Positions 14,168 to 27,043 of a DNA stretch of 64,000 nt are shown here, piece by piece; the first letter of the stretch is position 1, and every line of letters begins with the position of its first letter. The translations under genes were made by a program, and so were the position numbers. Source of the DNA: Squalus acanthias. Its lineage: Eukaryota. The notes under the pieces are model-generated. The model was not told the DNA's origin and searched no databases. It worked only from the letters and a program-made list of their open reading frames with translations. The DNA lies in the NCBI GenBank assembly GCA_030390025.1, contig CM059432.1:31808001-31872000 (forward strand). Direction: 5' to 3'.

Positions 14168-14280
14168 GCAGTGGAGCCACAGCTGTCGTTCAAGCTGCTT
14201 ACTGTATTCCGAAGAAGGAGCGAGTTGCAATCAAACGCATCAACCTGGAAAAATGTCAGACCAGCATGGATGAGCTCCTG
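14168..14280 (+). CDS. OXSR1: Internal coding exon (probable exon 2) of OXSR1-type STE20 kinase: G-loop and VAIK lysine
   Basis: ttttgtttcag acceptor, 113 nt, then gtaata donor. Encodes (G)[45 protein letters not shown] matches OXSR1 rather than STK39 (AALCKPRQE). Confidence 0.93.
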
Positions 14281-15154
14281 GTAATATACTGAAGAACAGT
14301 TTCACACAAGCAGTACAGGGGAGGACTGAATAGGGTCGGACCATTTGTAAATGTAACTGGTAAAGGCTGAATGAATGAAAAGACAGTAAAAGACTACTGA
14401 ATGTATAAAATAAAGACAGAAAATGCTGGAAATATAATGCTGCATTGTCAGTATCTGGATAGAGGAGAAACAAAGACCCTCCTTTAGAATCGCTGGGACA
14501 AAGCCTCTGTAGCTAAAATTTTAACTGATCTTTCCCGATGTTATGCATTTCCAGAATTTTCTGCTTTTATTTCATGTTTCCATGATTTTGAAGAGTCAAC
14601 AAACTGAAAGGTGGACCTGGAGTTATGTAAACAATGAAGAAATTAGTTTATTTAAATGTTATTTTACCATATGAGAGACACACAGATTGAGAAAAATGGG
14701 GATTCCAGAGAAACACCACTGCAGACTTGATCAAGCCCAGACTGTACTGAAGTGATTTGGTAATTGACATCTGCATGTGTAGCACAGAAAAAGTATGTTC
14801 GTGTTTTTAAATTTAGAAAGATCCCAAAATATTGCATGTAAAACTTAAGAATTCTGTATGTTCTAGGTGACTTGAATTTGGGCAGAACTGCTTTTTTAAT
14901 GTGTTCTTAATAGATAAGAAGCATCAGAGATACCATGTGGAGAACTGATGCTATCTTAGCCCATTTCTTGTTAAGTGACTGAGTACATGTGTGAACGCAG
15001 AGTTGCTCAGCAGATTTCGGGGGGTGTCTGTTCACTGTGCCAATGGCTAATCTACTTTGGGTGTGAACGCATTCTTGAAGGATGTTTACTTCTCGATATG
15101 ATGTTGCTGAGAGGTTGGTCTTAAAATAACAGAAACCACACAACACGTCCAACC

Positions 15155-15820
15155 ACATATCCGCGGCTTAACTAAAACCGCCTATTTCCACCTCCGTAAC
15201 ATCGCTCGTCTCTGCCCTTGCCTCAGCTCATCTGCTGCTGAAACCCTCTAGACTTGACTATTCCAATGCACTTCTTGCAGGCCTCTCACATTCTAGCCTA
15301 CGTAAACTTGAGGTCATCCAAAACTCGGTTGCCCATGTCCTAACTCGCACCAAGACCCGTTCACCCATCACCCCTGTGCTCGCTGACCTACATTGACTCC
15401 TGGTTAAGCAATGCCTCGATTTAAAAATTCTCATTCTTTATTTCAAATCCCTCCCATGGCCTCGCCCCTCCTTATCTCTGTAATCTCCTTCAGCCCCACA
15501 ACCCCCCCCCCCCCCCCCCCTCTAATTCTGCCTTCTTGCGCATCCCTGATTATAATCTCTCAACCATTGGTGCCCGTGCCCTCTGTTGCCTAGGCCTTGA
15601 GCTCTGGAATTCCCTGCCTAAACTTCTCCGCCTCTCTACCCCTCTCTCTCCTTTTAAGACACTCCTTAAAACCTACCTCTTTGACCAAGCTTTTTTGTCA
15701 CCTGCCCTAATTTATCCTTATGTGGCTCGGTGTCAAATTTTTTGTCTTCTGATACTCCTGTGAAGCGCCTTGGGATGTTTTACTTCGTTAAAGGTGCTAT
15801 ATAAATGCAAGTTGTTGTTG
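15155..15820 (+). mobile_element. L2 3' fragment
   Basis: KTAYFHLRNIARL-like sequence and a tataaatgcaagttgttgttg tail. Confidence 0.87.
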
Positions 15821-16060
15821 TCAGCATCTGTAAAAAGACCAGCTAAAGATTCTTCCACTGAAAGCATTGGTCTCCCTTTTTCCCAATGTTGATGGTCCTG
15901 CTGTAGATTTCCAGCATTTTATTAAGATTTCCAATATTTGCAGCTCTTTTCTATTTATTTCTGATTGTTTTCCATTTTGGTTTGTTGAAAAATAAACTGG
16001 AATTGATCGGGCAGATCATCAGAATTCATTCTATGAAGGCTTTTTATTTTTAATTTAACT

Positions 16061-16495
16061 TGGCTCAGTTGGTAGCACTCTCATCTCTAACTCAGTTGAT
16101 TGAGTTCAAGTTCCGCTCCTGGTCTTGAGCACATAATCTAGGTTGAGACTTTAATACAGTAATGAAGGAGTGCTGCATTGTCAGAGATGCCATCCTTTAA
16201 ATGAAACGTTAAACTGCAGTCCGTCTATCTGTTCAGGTGGATGTAAATGATCTCGCGGCACTTTTTCCAAGAATAGCAGGGAGCTCACCTAGTGTTACAG
16301 CCAAAATACATTCCAACACCAATAAAAGCAGGTTAACTGTTCACTCATTTCATTGCTATTTGTGGGAATTTACTGTGTGCAAATTGGCGACCATGCTTAT
16401 CTACATAACAGTGACTTCACTCAAAGTAATTCATTGGATGTGACATGTTTTGGGACATCCTGAGGATGTAAGAGGTGCTATATAAATGCAAGTTC
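16061..16495 (+). mobile_element. Full-length tRNA-derived Deu-domain SINE (SacSINE1/AmnSINE1-like) with L2-type tail
   Basis: A-box tggctcagttggt and B-box gagttcaagt, Deu-like core gaaggagtgctgcattgtcagagatgccatc...aaacgttaaac, and tail gtgctatataaatgcaagtt shared with L2. Confidence 0.75.
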
Positions 16496-16929
16496 TTCTC
16501 TCTTTTGAAGGTGCTGACTGGGATCTGGTTCTGCAGGTACCAGTCACACTCCAGCATCGCATTCAAGTAACCATTATTTTTTATTGCAGAGTGATATCCT
16601 TTTCCTTTTTACTTTATTTTTTCATGCTTTTTTTCCCCATTCCTTGTGATACGAGAGAAGCTCAAAGATGGGTTAAGAAAGATCAAATGAATTGAAGGTG
16701 ACAAGCTAGTTGTAGTGAGAGAATGCGCTAATCACGCAATGCAGATTATCAAAGTATGTCCACTGCAAAACTACTGCCCCTCTTTCCTCCAGTGTAATGC
16801 TTATTGAAATGCTTTCAGCAAGCAGAGTAAATTAGGGTTCCAGACCAGGGTCTGTGCCCAGCATGTAGGAGAGGATTTATGGTGTGTTTATATCATTAAG
16901 TGATTGCATTATGCATAGACACACAATTA

Positions 16930-17250
16930 TATTCTTTCTCTGCCCCTTTCTTTCTCTGTCACTCTGTCTCATGCATGCTCTCTCTCTCTCTTCTCTGCCA
17001 CATATGCTTTTGTGCTGTCTGGCCGACACACGTGAACTTGCTCCATCACGCACACGTTCTCTGCCTCTACTTTGCACTCATTCTCTCTTTTTCTTGCTCT
17101 TCCTGTGTATGTGTGTCTTTCTGTCTGTCTCTTCCTCTGCTTCTCCCTTTCTGTCATGCTGTTTATCTCGCTGTCTACTTACTCTGTCTCTCATTTTCTC
17201 TCATTGTCTGTGTATCTCTTACTCTCTCCAGTCATACTATTAACTATCTT
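16930..17250. repeat. CT/CA-rich low-complexity tract
   Basis: Degenerate (CT)n, (CTGT)n and (CA)n; the ORFs here are compositional artefacts. Confidence 0.8.
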
Positions 17251-18939
17251 TCATTCATCTGATTGTAAACCGAGAACCCTACAATCTCTCTCTGGAGGAC
17301 ATAGGCTTAGAGGAAAAGGAATCTGTCATTGAAACTCATCTCGGTACATGCAGGATCGGGGCACTGTAAAGTAGCCTTATCCATTACCTCACTGGCTCAA
17401 ATGACTTCAAACTATGAGCAAAATTTCAGTGGACTATAACCCACCATTATCTGAACCCTGAAGATGAGATTAGCCTTGTAATCACTCCGATATGTCATTG
17501 GAAGAACAAAATCTATACTTGTAGGTTAAGCATGCTGTGCATCTATCTCTCTGATCTGCATTTGAATTCACTCTGGAATGATGTATTCCAGCACAGATCA
17601 TAGTGATATGATTATCAATCCAGTTCCTATTGGGCACCTGTCTACACCATAGAACTCTCCATTAGTTTATTGGTGTTGCTTTAAGACATCTGGTGTTGCA
17701 AATGGAAAGTTTAGACGGGTGCTCTCTTGAACTTGGGGCTATGGCACAAATTCATAGGAAATGTCCTCTACTAGAAGAGTGTTTACTCTGAAATTGGCAA
17801 ATAAGCTTCCCTGAAATCTACCTCCTGTGACCAAGCTTTGGTTACCTGTTCCAATATTTCCTTATGTGACTGTCAAATTTCGTTCGATAACGCTCCTGAG
17901 AATTGCCGGGTTTCACTGCGTTAAAGGTGCTATATAAATGCAAGTTGTTGTTGTTTGACAGTACAATAGGGAACGCACGTTCAAACTATTAAAAATAAAT
18001 TTAGGACTGATGTCAGGAAGTTCTTCTAGAATAGGGCAGTTGAGGCAAAAATCCTGGCACATTTAAGGAACAGCTATCCAAATGGCCGCCTTCATTTGTA
18101 GCAGATATATTGGGAGTAAAAGCGCTGCATTCTACAGTCCACAGACATTTTAAAAAATCTGTTAGTTGGGGGAATGAGACCCTGCACTACAAAATGGCGC
18201 ATTCCACTGCAGCTGTACAAAAATTACAGTAATCAAGTTTTCTGGATGCCTCATTGCATATGATATTTGATCTCTGCCTTGCGTTAGCCAATAATCAACT
18301 AATTATGCATTAATGAACCATAATTGCCCTCTGTTATCTGGGGTAGAGTGGAGGAGGGTGGGGAAATCACCAAGAACTATTGCCTCATGCTATCCATTGA
18401 TATAGGTTGACAACCAAGGCTCAGGGACTCCCCGAGTGTGCATGGGTTTAGTAACACTGTACATCTTGCTCATATATAGGACTGGTAAACTTCCCAGTAC
18501 TTGTCCAGGTCAGACCATGCTCCTGTTGGGGTACTGATTTCCAAGGTTATCTGGAGTTGAGTGGGAAAATTGCCAGCCCGCAGTAATAGGTCTCCCCTGT
18601 TCCGTGAGTAAATCGGGCTGAATGGTCAGTCGCCTGGAGTGCTATGAACCTGTCTGGTTTAACTTTTGGATTACCAAGAATGCCACAGCAGTTTGACTTG
18701 CCGATCTTCTGTTGCCAGGCTTGTCATCTCGGAAACTCCTCAACCCCAAAGAAACCCCGTCTATTCTCCTCTATTTCTCGCAACACAAGGAGAATAGTCA
18801 TCTTCCTGATTTGGATGATTCACTGCCATACTGATCAGTGCATTTACCCACTGTGCCTGTGGGGGACTTCGGCAGTATGGACACTAGCGTTTGTGCATGC
18901 TGAGAATAAGGGGGGAGAAAAGCATCACTTTCTGCTTCT

Positions 18940-21900
18940 TATAGAGTCATAGAGTTATACAGCACAGAAAAAGGCCCTTTGGCCCATCGTGTCCGCACCG
19001 GCCATCAAGCCCTGTCTATTCTAATCCCATTTCCCAGCACTTGGTCTGTAGCCTTGTATGCTATGGCGTTTCAAGTACTCATCTAAATGCTGCTTGAATG
19101 TTGAGGGTTCCTGCCTCTACCACCCTTTCAGGCAGTGAGTTCCAGATTCCAACCACCCTCTGGGTGAAAAAGTTTGTCCTCAAATCCCCTCTAAACCTCC
19201 TGCCCCTTACCTTGAAAGTATGCCCCCTGGTTATTGACCCCTCTACTAAGGGGAAAAGTTCATTTCTATCTACGCCCCTCATAATTTTGTACCCCTCAAT
19301 CAGGTCCCTTCTCTGCTCTGAGGAAAACAACCCCAGCCTGTCCAGTCTCTCTTCATAGCTGAAGCGCTGCAGCCCAGGTAACATCCTGGTGAATCTCCTC
19401 TGCACCCTCTCCAATGCAATCACACCCTTCCTATAGTGTGGTGACCAGAACTGCACACAGTATTCCAGCTGTGGCCTAACTAGCGTTTTGTACAGCTCCA
19501 TCATAACCTCCCTGCTCTTGCCTTCATTAGCCGAGGCATAAAATATAAGTATCCTATATGCCTTTTTAACCACCTTATCTACCTGTCCTGCTGCCTTCAG
19601 GGATCTATGTACATGCACGCCAAGGTCCCTCTGATCCTCTGTCCTTCCTAGGGTCCTACCATTCATTGTGTATTCCCTTGCCTTGTTAGTCCTCCCAAAA
19701 TGCATCACCTCACACTTTTCAGGGTTAAATTCCATTTGCCACTGTTCTGCCCATCTGACCAACCCGTCTATATCGTCCTGTAGCCTGAGGCTTCCCTCCT
19801 CGCTATTTACCACCCCACCAATTTTCGTGTCATCTGCAAACTTACTGATCATACCTCCTACATTCATATCTAAATAATTAATGTACACTACAAACAGCAA
19901 AGGACCCAGCACCGATCCCTGCGGTACACCACTGGACACAGGCTTCCAGTCACAAAAGCAACCTTCAACCATCACCCTCTGCCTCCTGCCACTAAGCCAA
20001 TTTTGTATCCAATGTGCCAAGTTGCCCTGGATCCCATGGGCTTTTATCTTCTTGACCAGTCTCCCATGCGGGACTTTGTCAAAAGCCTTACTGAAGTCGA
20101 TGTAGACCACATCAACTGCACTACCCTCATCCACACACCTAGTCACCCCCTCGCAAAATTCAATCAAATTGGTCAGACATGATCTCCCCTGACACAGCCA
20201 TGCTGACTATCCTTGATTAATCCTTGCCTCTCCAAGTGGAGACTAATTCTGTCTCAGAATTTTTTCCAATAATTTCCTTACCACTGATAGGCTCACTGGC
20301 CTGTAATTCCCTGGTTTATCCCTACTACCCTTCTTGAATAATGGTACTATGTTAGCTGTTCTCCAGTCCTCTGGCACCTCCCCTGTGGCCAGAGAGCCCC
20401 TGCAATCTCCTCCCTTGCCTCACACAGCAGTCTGGGATACATCTCGTCTGGGCCTGGGGATTTATCCACTTTTAAGCCCGCTAAAACCGCTAGTACCTCC
20501 TCCCCCTCAATGCTAATTTGTTCAAGTATATCTCAATCCCCCTTCCTGATTTCTATGCCTACATCGTCCTTCTCCACAGTGAACACAGATGCAAAATATT
20601 CATTTAAAACCCCACCTACATCTTCTGGCTCTACACACAGATTGCCACTTTGGTCCCTAATGGGCCCTATTCTTTCCCTGTTTATCCTCTTGTCCTTAAT
20701 ATACTTATAAAACACCTTGGGATTTTCCTTTATTTTGCCCGCCAGTGTTATTTCATGCCCCTTCTTCGCTCTCCTAATTTCTTTTTTAAGTACCCCCCTG
20801 CACTTTCTATACTCCTCTTGGGCTTCCACTGTTTTTAGTCCTTTGTATCTGCCAAAAGCCTCCCTTTTTTTCCTAATCCATTCTCGTATATCCCTTGACA
20901 TCCAGGGTTCCCTGGGCTTGTTGGTCCCACCCTTGACCTTTACGGGAACATGTTGCCATTGTACTCTCTCTCTTTCCTTTCTGAAAGACTCCCAATGTTC
21001 TGATGTGGATTTTCCTACAAGTAACTGATCCCAGTCCACTTTGGCCAGATCCTGCCTTATCATATTAAAATCGGCCTTCCCCCAATTTAGAACCTTTATT
21101 TCCGGTCCATCTTTGTCCTTTTCCATGACTACCTTAAATCTCACCGAATTATGGTCACTGTCACCAAAATGCTCTCCTACTGACACTTCTACCACTTGCC
21201 CGGCACATTCCCTAGAATTACGTCCAGTACCGCCCCCTCTCTTGTAGGACTTTCTACATGCTGGCTCAAAAAGCTCTCCTGGATGCACTTTAAGAATTCC
21301 GCACCCTCGAAGCCTTTCACACTCTGACTATCCCAGTTAATATTGGGGAAGTTGAAATCCCCTACTATTATTACCCTTTTATTTCTACACTTCTCTGAGA
21401 TTTGCCTACATATCTGTTCCTCTATCTCCCCCTGACTGTTTGGGGGCCAATAGCCTAAAGTGCTTGCCCCCTTTTTGTTTTTAGGTTCTACCCATATGGC
21501 GTCATTAGAGGAACCTGCTAAGATATCATCCCTCCTTACAGCAGTAATTAACTCCTTGATTAATACTGCGATACCCGCTCCTCTTTTATACCCCCCTCTG
21601 TCTCGCCTGAAGATTCTATACCCCTGAATATTGAGCTGCCAGTCCTGCCCCTCCCTCAACCATGTCTCTGTGATAGCAACAATATCATACTCCCATGTGT
21701 TCATCAACACCTTCAATTCATCTGCCTTACTCGCAAGACTCCTTGCATTAAAATAAATGCCATCCAGCCTTGCCATACTCCCTTGTGCCGTTACATATTT
21801 GCTCTGCCTTCCAGGCTGACTTGTTTTTTCCTCTATATTTGGCTGTGCATCACCCCCCCTCCCCAAACAGTACTAACAAACCTCCCCGCAAGGATGTTGG

Positions 21901-23100
21901 TCCCGTTCAGGTGCAACCCGTCCGACTTGTACAGGTCCCACCTTCCCCAGAAGCAGACTCAGTGATCCAGGAAACTAAAGCCCTCCCTCCTGCACCAACT
22001 CTTTAGCCACGCATTCATCTGCTCTATCCTCCTATTCCTATACTCACTAGCACGTGGCACCGGGAGTAATCCAGAGATTACAACCTTTGAGGTCCTGCTT
22101 TTTAATCTGCTACCTAACTCCCTAAATTCTTGTTGCAGGACCTCATCCCTCTTTCTACCCATGTCGTTGGTACCAATGTGAACCACGACCTCTGACTGTT
22201 CGCCCTCCCCCGTCAGAATGCCCTGCAGCCGTTCAGTGACATCCTTGACCCTGGCACCAGGGAGGCAACATACCATCCTGGAGTCACGTCTGCGGCCACA
22301 GAAACGTCTATCTGTTCCCCTTACGATAGAATCCCCTATCACTATTGCTCTCCCACTCTTTTCCCTCCCCTCTTGTGCAGTTGAGCCACTCGTAGTGCCA
22401 CGGACTTGGCTCTTGCTGCATTCCCTGAGAAACCATCTCCCCCATCAGTATCCAAAACGGAAAATCTGTCGGAGAGGGAGATTGACCCAGGGGAGTTCTG
22501 CACTACCTTCCTAGTTCTTTTACTCTGTCTGGCGGTAACCCATTCCCTGTCTGCCTGTGCACTCTTTACCTGCGGTGTGACCACCTTGTTAAACGTGCTA
22601 TCCACGAAGATCTCAGCTTCGCGGATGCTCCACAGTGACTCCAGCCGCAGCTCCAGCTCCGAAACGCGGATTTCGAGTAGCTGCAGCTGGAGACACTTCC
22701 TGCACATGTGTTCGCCCTGGACACCTAAAGTGTCCCTGACTTCCAACATAGCACAGGAGGAGCACTCCACGCTGCCGAGCTGCCCTGCCATGTCCTACCC
22801 TTAATTTACTCCTTTTAAATTAAAGAATATTAAATACACTAGGGACCTTACTTCCCTTTAAACACTACTTACTCTAAACTAGAGACCTTACTTTTACTTC
22901 AATGACTGGAATGTAGAAATACTCACGGCTGGTTCTCTGTCCCCTCTTGTGCAGCTTTTTAGCTCCTGCTCTCCTGGAAGCTGACAAAGATGGAAAAAGA
23001 AAGGAACACCTCCCTCCCCGAACTCCCTCACTCACCAAACTCGCAGCTTAACACTCTGTTCCGATCTGCATTCCATGACAAACTGCACTCGCCCTCCTTT
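18940..23100 (-). mobile_element. Near full-length CR1 LINE with ORF1 (zinc finger, leucine zipper, SGNH esterase) and ORF2 (APE endonuclease and RT), inactivated by frameshifts
   Basis: ORF1 pieces 22791-22342 (CSSC...CRKC, LxxxxxxL repeats) and 22342-21959 (IGDSIVRG, VVVHIGTND). ORF2 pieces with FNARS, AITETW, IVGDFN, GDSDH, DFSKAFD, PQGSVLGP and FADD. A tandem ctatgact-type 3' tail lies near 18940. Confidence 0.95.
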
Positions 23101-23499
23101 TTAGTATTGCCAGTAGGGATAGCTAATTCTGAGACAAGCTATTGTATTGTTGGCAATGCAGGAATGACCAGCAGACTGGGTTACTAGTTTGTGGGCTACA
23201 GGTTGGCACTTGTGATTCTACATTTACTGAGTTACTGTTCTTAGTAGTATTGCTACTGGAATGCTGGGTTGGAAAATAAGGGGAAGAAGTCATTCTTGGG
23301 TTCCGTTTACATATCTAATGGTTGTATGGAGGGTTTTGTTTTTAGTATGGGGTTCTCACTTTGTGTGGGGTCCTCAATTATTGTGGGCGTCTTTCAATTT
23401 TACACAATGGTATGAGACACACTGGCTAGTTTTGATGCACATCTTCCCCCAACACCTTGAACATCCCTGACCCAGGTTCACTAAAAGAATGGCCATTTC

Positions 23500-24770
23500 A
23501 GTATCAAAGTCACAAATGACATCCTGTGACTGTAACTGAGGTAAACTATCCCTCCTCGTCCTTCTTGACCAGTCTGCAGCCTTTGATGCAGTTGACCGCA
23601 CCATCCTTTTACGCGCCTCCACTCGTCCAGCTGGGTGAGATTGCACTCGCCTGGTTCCATTCTTGTCTGTCTCTTCGTAGCCAGAGAATCATCTGCAATG
23701 GCTTCTCTTCTCGTTCGTGCATCATTACCTCGAGTCCCCCAAGGATCTGTCCTTGACCCCCCTCCTATTTCTCATCTACATGCTGCCCGTTGGCGACATC
23801 ATCTGAAAACACAGCGTCATGTTTCACGTAAGCTGACAGCACCCAGCTCCACCTCACCACCACCTCTCTCGACCCCTCCACTGTCTCTCAATTGCCAGAC
23901 TGCTTGTCCGACATCCAGTACTGGATGAGCAGAAATTTCCACCAACTAAATATTGGGATGGCCGAAGCCATTGTCTTCAGTCCCCGACACAAACTCCGTT
24001 CCCTAGCCACCGACTGCATACCTCTTCCTGGCAACTGTCTGAGACTGTTCGCAACCTTGGTGTCATACTTGACCCCGAGATGAGTTTCTGACCATGTATC
24101 TGCGCCATCACTAAGACCGTTTATTTCCATCTCCGTAACATTGCCCAACTCTGCCATTGCCTCAGCTCATCTGCTGCTGAAACCCTCATCCATTCCTTTG
24201 TTACCTCTAGACTTGACTATTCCAACGCACACCTGGCCGGCCTTCCATCTTCTGCCCTCCATAAACTTGAGGTGATCCAAAACTCTGCTGTCTGTATCCA
24301 AACTCGCACAAAGTCCCGATCGCCACTGTGCTCGCTGACCTACATTTGCGCTCTGTTAAGCAATGCCTTGATTTAAAAATTCTCATCTTTGTTTTCAAAT
24401 CCGTCGATGGCCTCGCCTCTCCCCATCTCTGTAACCTCCTCCAGCCCTACAACCCTCCGATATCTGCGCTCCTCCAATTCTGGCCTCTTGCGCATCCCCG
24501 GTTTTAATCGCTCCACCATTGGCAGCCGTGCTTTCAGCTGCCAAGGCCCTAAGCTCTGGAATTTCCTCCCTAAACATCTCTGTATCTCTACCATTTTTTC
24601 CTCCTTTAAGACGCTCCTTAAAACCTATCTTTGACCAAGCTTTTGGTCATCTGCCCTAATATCTCCTTGTTTGGCTTGGTGGTAAATTTTGTTTGATTAT
24701 GCTCCTGTGAAGCGCTTTGGGACGTTTTACTATGTTACAGGTGCTTTATAAGTCCAAGTTGGTGGTTGTT
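23500..24770 (+). mobile_element. L2 LINE 3' fragment
   Basis: Degenerate LDxSAAFD, PQGSVL and SRLDYSN motifs with an L2 3' tail. Reverse-complement homolog of 3945-5345. Confidence 0.88.
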
Positions 24771-26578
24771 GTGTAATTTGTTAGTAGTGGTAGTAGTAGT
24801 AGATGACTATTGTTCTCCATAACCTTAGCATCTTGGTAAAGCTCCTTCGCTACCACAGTGCTGGAAGACCCACTTAAGGCAAGGGGATAAAATACCTTTA
24901 GAAGAAAGCATTTGTGTTAACCAGGAAAAAAACTGAGGAGACCCCATAAAGGTATACAAGTTGGTGTAGAAAAGGTTAATCTAAAACTTTAAATTAAGTA
25001 AAACAGTGACCATAGAGCAAAGGGGCGCATGTACAAACTAGCAAAAGGCAAATTAAGGACTGATGCCAGGAAATTCTTCACACACTAATCGTTACATGAT
25101 GGAATTGGATTTCCAGGGATCGTAATGGAGGCAAAAATCTGGGAATAATTTGAGTTGGATCACAGGGTATTTCTGGATGAATGAACGGAATGGCTTTCCT
25201 TATTCATATCTAGCTTGTGATCTTGTTCTTTTGCCAGCACAAGTTCTGTAATTGGACCTTATCAGCATCTCGATTGGAGGGACTTTCCAGTTCTATTGAA
25301 CCGATGCCTCCCACCAAAACAATGGGTGGTGTTCTATTGTGAATTGGTTGATTGCTGTATTGATGGTCCTGAACAGATAGCAAACCATTTTCCTTTTTCT
25401 TGCTAATTCAGCTCCTGCTGAACTATAAATGAAGTATGAGATTGTAATTTGAATTGAAAGCCAGGCCCCTCCACTCATTAAAATTGCAACCTCGCTCCCT
25501 ACTGTATAATCTCAATCCATCAGCAATGGGCAGAGTGAAAGAAAGGTCCCCTCCCATGAGGCATTTTGACTTTAAATTACTTTGACACCAGTCAACTAAA
25601 TGCTTAATTTGCTTTGACTCAAAGTAACAAAACCAAGATCCTCTTTGCAGCTGCCATTTCTCTAGTCTTTGTATATTAAAAAAAATGCTTTAAGGAAATA
25701 GCAGAGATTACATTTCATTACTTTTAATGTCCATTTTTCTGGTATGTTTTTTCCTCTTTCTCATCCATCTAAGCAATAATGAAAGGAATACTTGACTGGG
25801 ATTTTATCACTTGAGCAATTGTTCTGATATGTCAGTGCTGAATACTAAAGCAATTACTCCTGTCTTTTTTGTTGTCCCCTTTTCTTCTGAAGATGCTGAC
25901 CCGTATTATGATAAAGTTCCACAGGCACTAACTATCCTCTGGTAGCTCACCTAAATAGTCTGTTTTAAAAAAAAAAAATTAAATTTCGTAGCTGAAGACT
26001 GGTAGGGGCACTGGTGTGTATTGAAGTGGCCATTGAGTGAACCTAGACCAGGAACGTCTGAACAATTGGAGCTCGGGGCAGGGGATGTGAACGGAATACA
26101 TACATCAAAACCAATGAGTGCGCTTCATATCATTATGCAGATATTTGAACCCCTCACGCAAAAGATGCAAGTCTCTTTCTCTCCTTCCCCCCCCCCCCCC
26201 CCCCCCCCATATGCAATAAATTACCCCATATTTGGGGGAAAAACATGAACCCCTCCCCATATTCACAAAACCAATAACATACAGGGAGAGGAGATTTCAA
26301 ATCTTTAGAAGGAGGCAGCAGTTACTGCTGGAGGAACAGAACGTCAGCTGATAGGAAATCACTGGTTGAAATGAGCAGAGAGCGTGTGATTGTGGGTGCT
26401 AGGCAACATGGAGGTGGGAATTTTGATAGATAAAAGCTTTAATGTTGACACAACCGAAAATGCTGGAAACACTCAGCAGGTCAGGCAGCATCGTGGAGAG
26501 AGAAACCGAGTTAACGTTTCAGGCCGCTAACTCTGTCAGAACTGGAAAAAGTTGTAGAAGTAACAGATATTTAAGCAA

Positions 26579-27043
26579 TATCTAAGATTAATTTGACCAC
26601 GCTCGATCAGCTCCGATGGACGGGCCACATCGTCCGCAGGCCTAATACGAGACTCCCAAAACGAGTGCTCTACTTGGAGCTCCTACACAGCAAGAGAGCC
26701 CCAGGTGGGCAGAGGAAATGCTTCAAGGACACCCTCAAAGCCGCCTTGGAAAAAGTGCAACGTCCCCACCGACACCTGGGAATCCCTGGCCCAAGACCGC
26801 ACAAAGTGGAGGAGAAGCATCCGGGAAGGCACCGAACACCTCAAATCTCTTCGCCGGGAGCAAGCGGAAGCCAAGTGCAAGGAGCGCACGTCAACCCAAG
26901 CAACCCACCCACCCGCCCCTTCAACCGTCGTTTGCCCCTCCTGTGGCAGTCTGTAGGTCCCGCATTGGACTCATCAGTCACCTGAGAACTCATTTTTAAT
27001 GTGGAAGCAAGTCATCCTCGGTTCCGAGAGACTGCCTAAGAAG
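26579..27043 (+). mobile_element. RTE-clade (BovB/RTE-like) LINE 3' end with 10-bp TSD
   Basis: QLRWTGHIVR...RLPK.VLY.EL...GGQRK.FKDTLK and a C-terminal CPSC...IGLISHLRTH finger, with a taagaag tail. ATTTAAGCAA is duplicated at 26569-26578 and 27044-27053. Confidence 0.9.

Noticed and set aside
16061..16135. tRNA gene
   Set aside because: A and B boxes are present but there is no cloverleaf, and the sequence continues into a SINE body.
16877..17332. Multiple overlapping ORFs rich in Leu/Ser/Cys or Arg/Glu
   Set aside because: Translations of CT/CA low-complexity sequence with no splice or homology support.
17455..17500. Hammerhead-like CTGAAGA...stem...GATATGTC
   Set aside because: The GAAA core is mutated, stem II is bulged and there is no convincing stem I. 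At best a decayed relic.
26509..26543. Minus-strand hammerhead in the inverted pLTR
   Set aside because: Core reads CTGACAG instead of CTGANGA and stem II is disrupted, so it is unlikely to be active.
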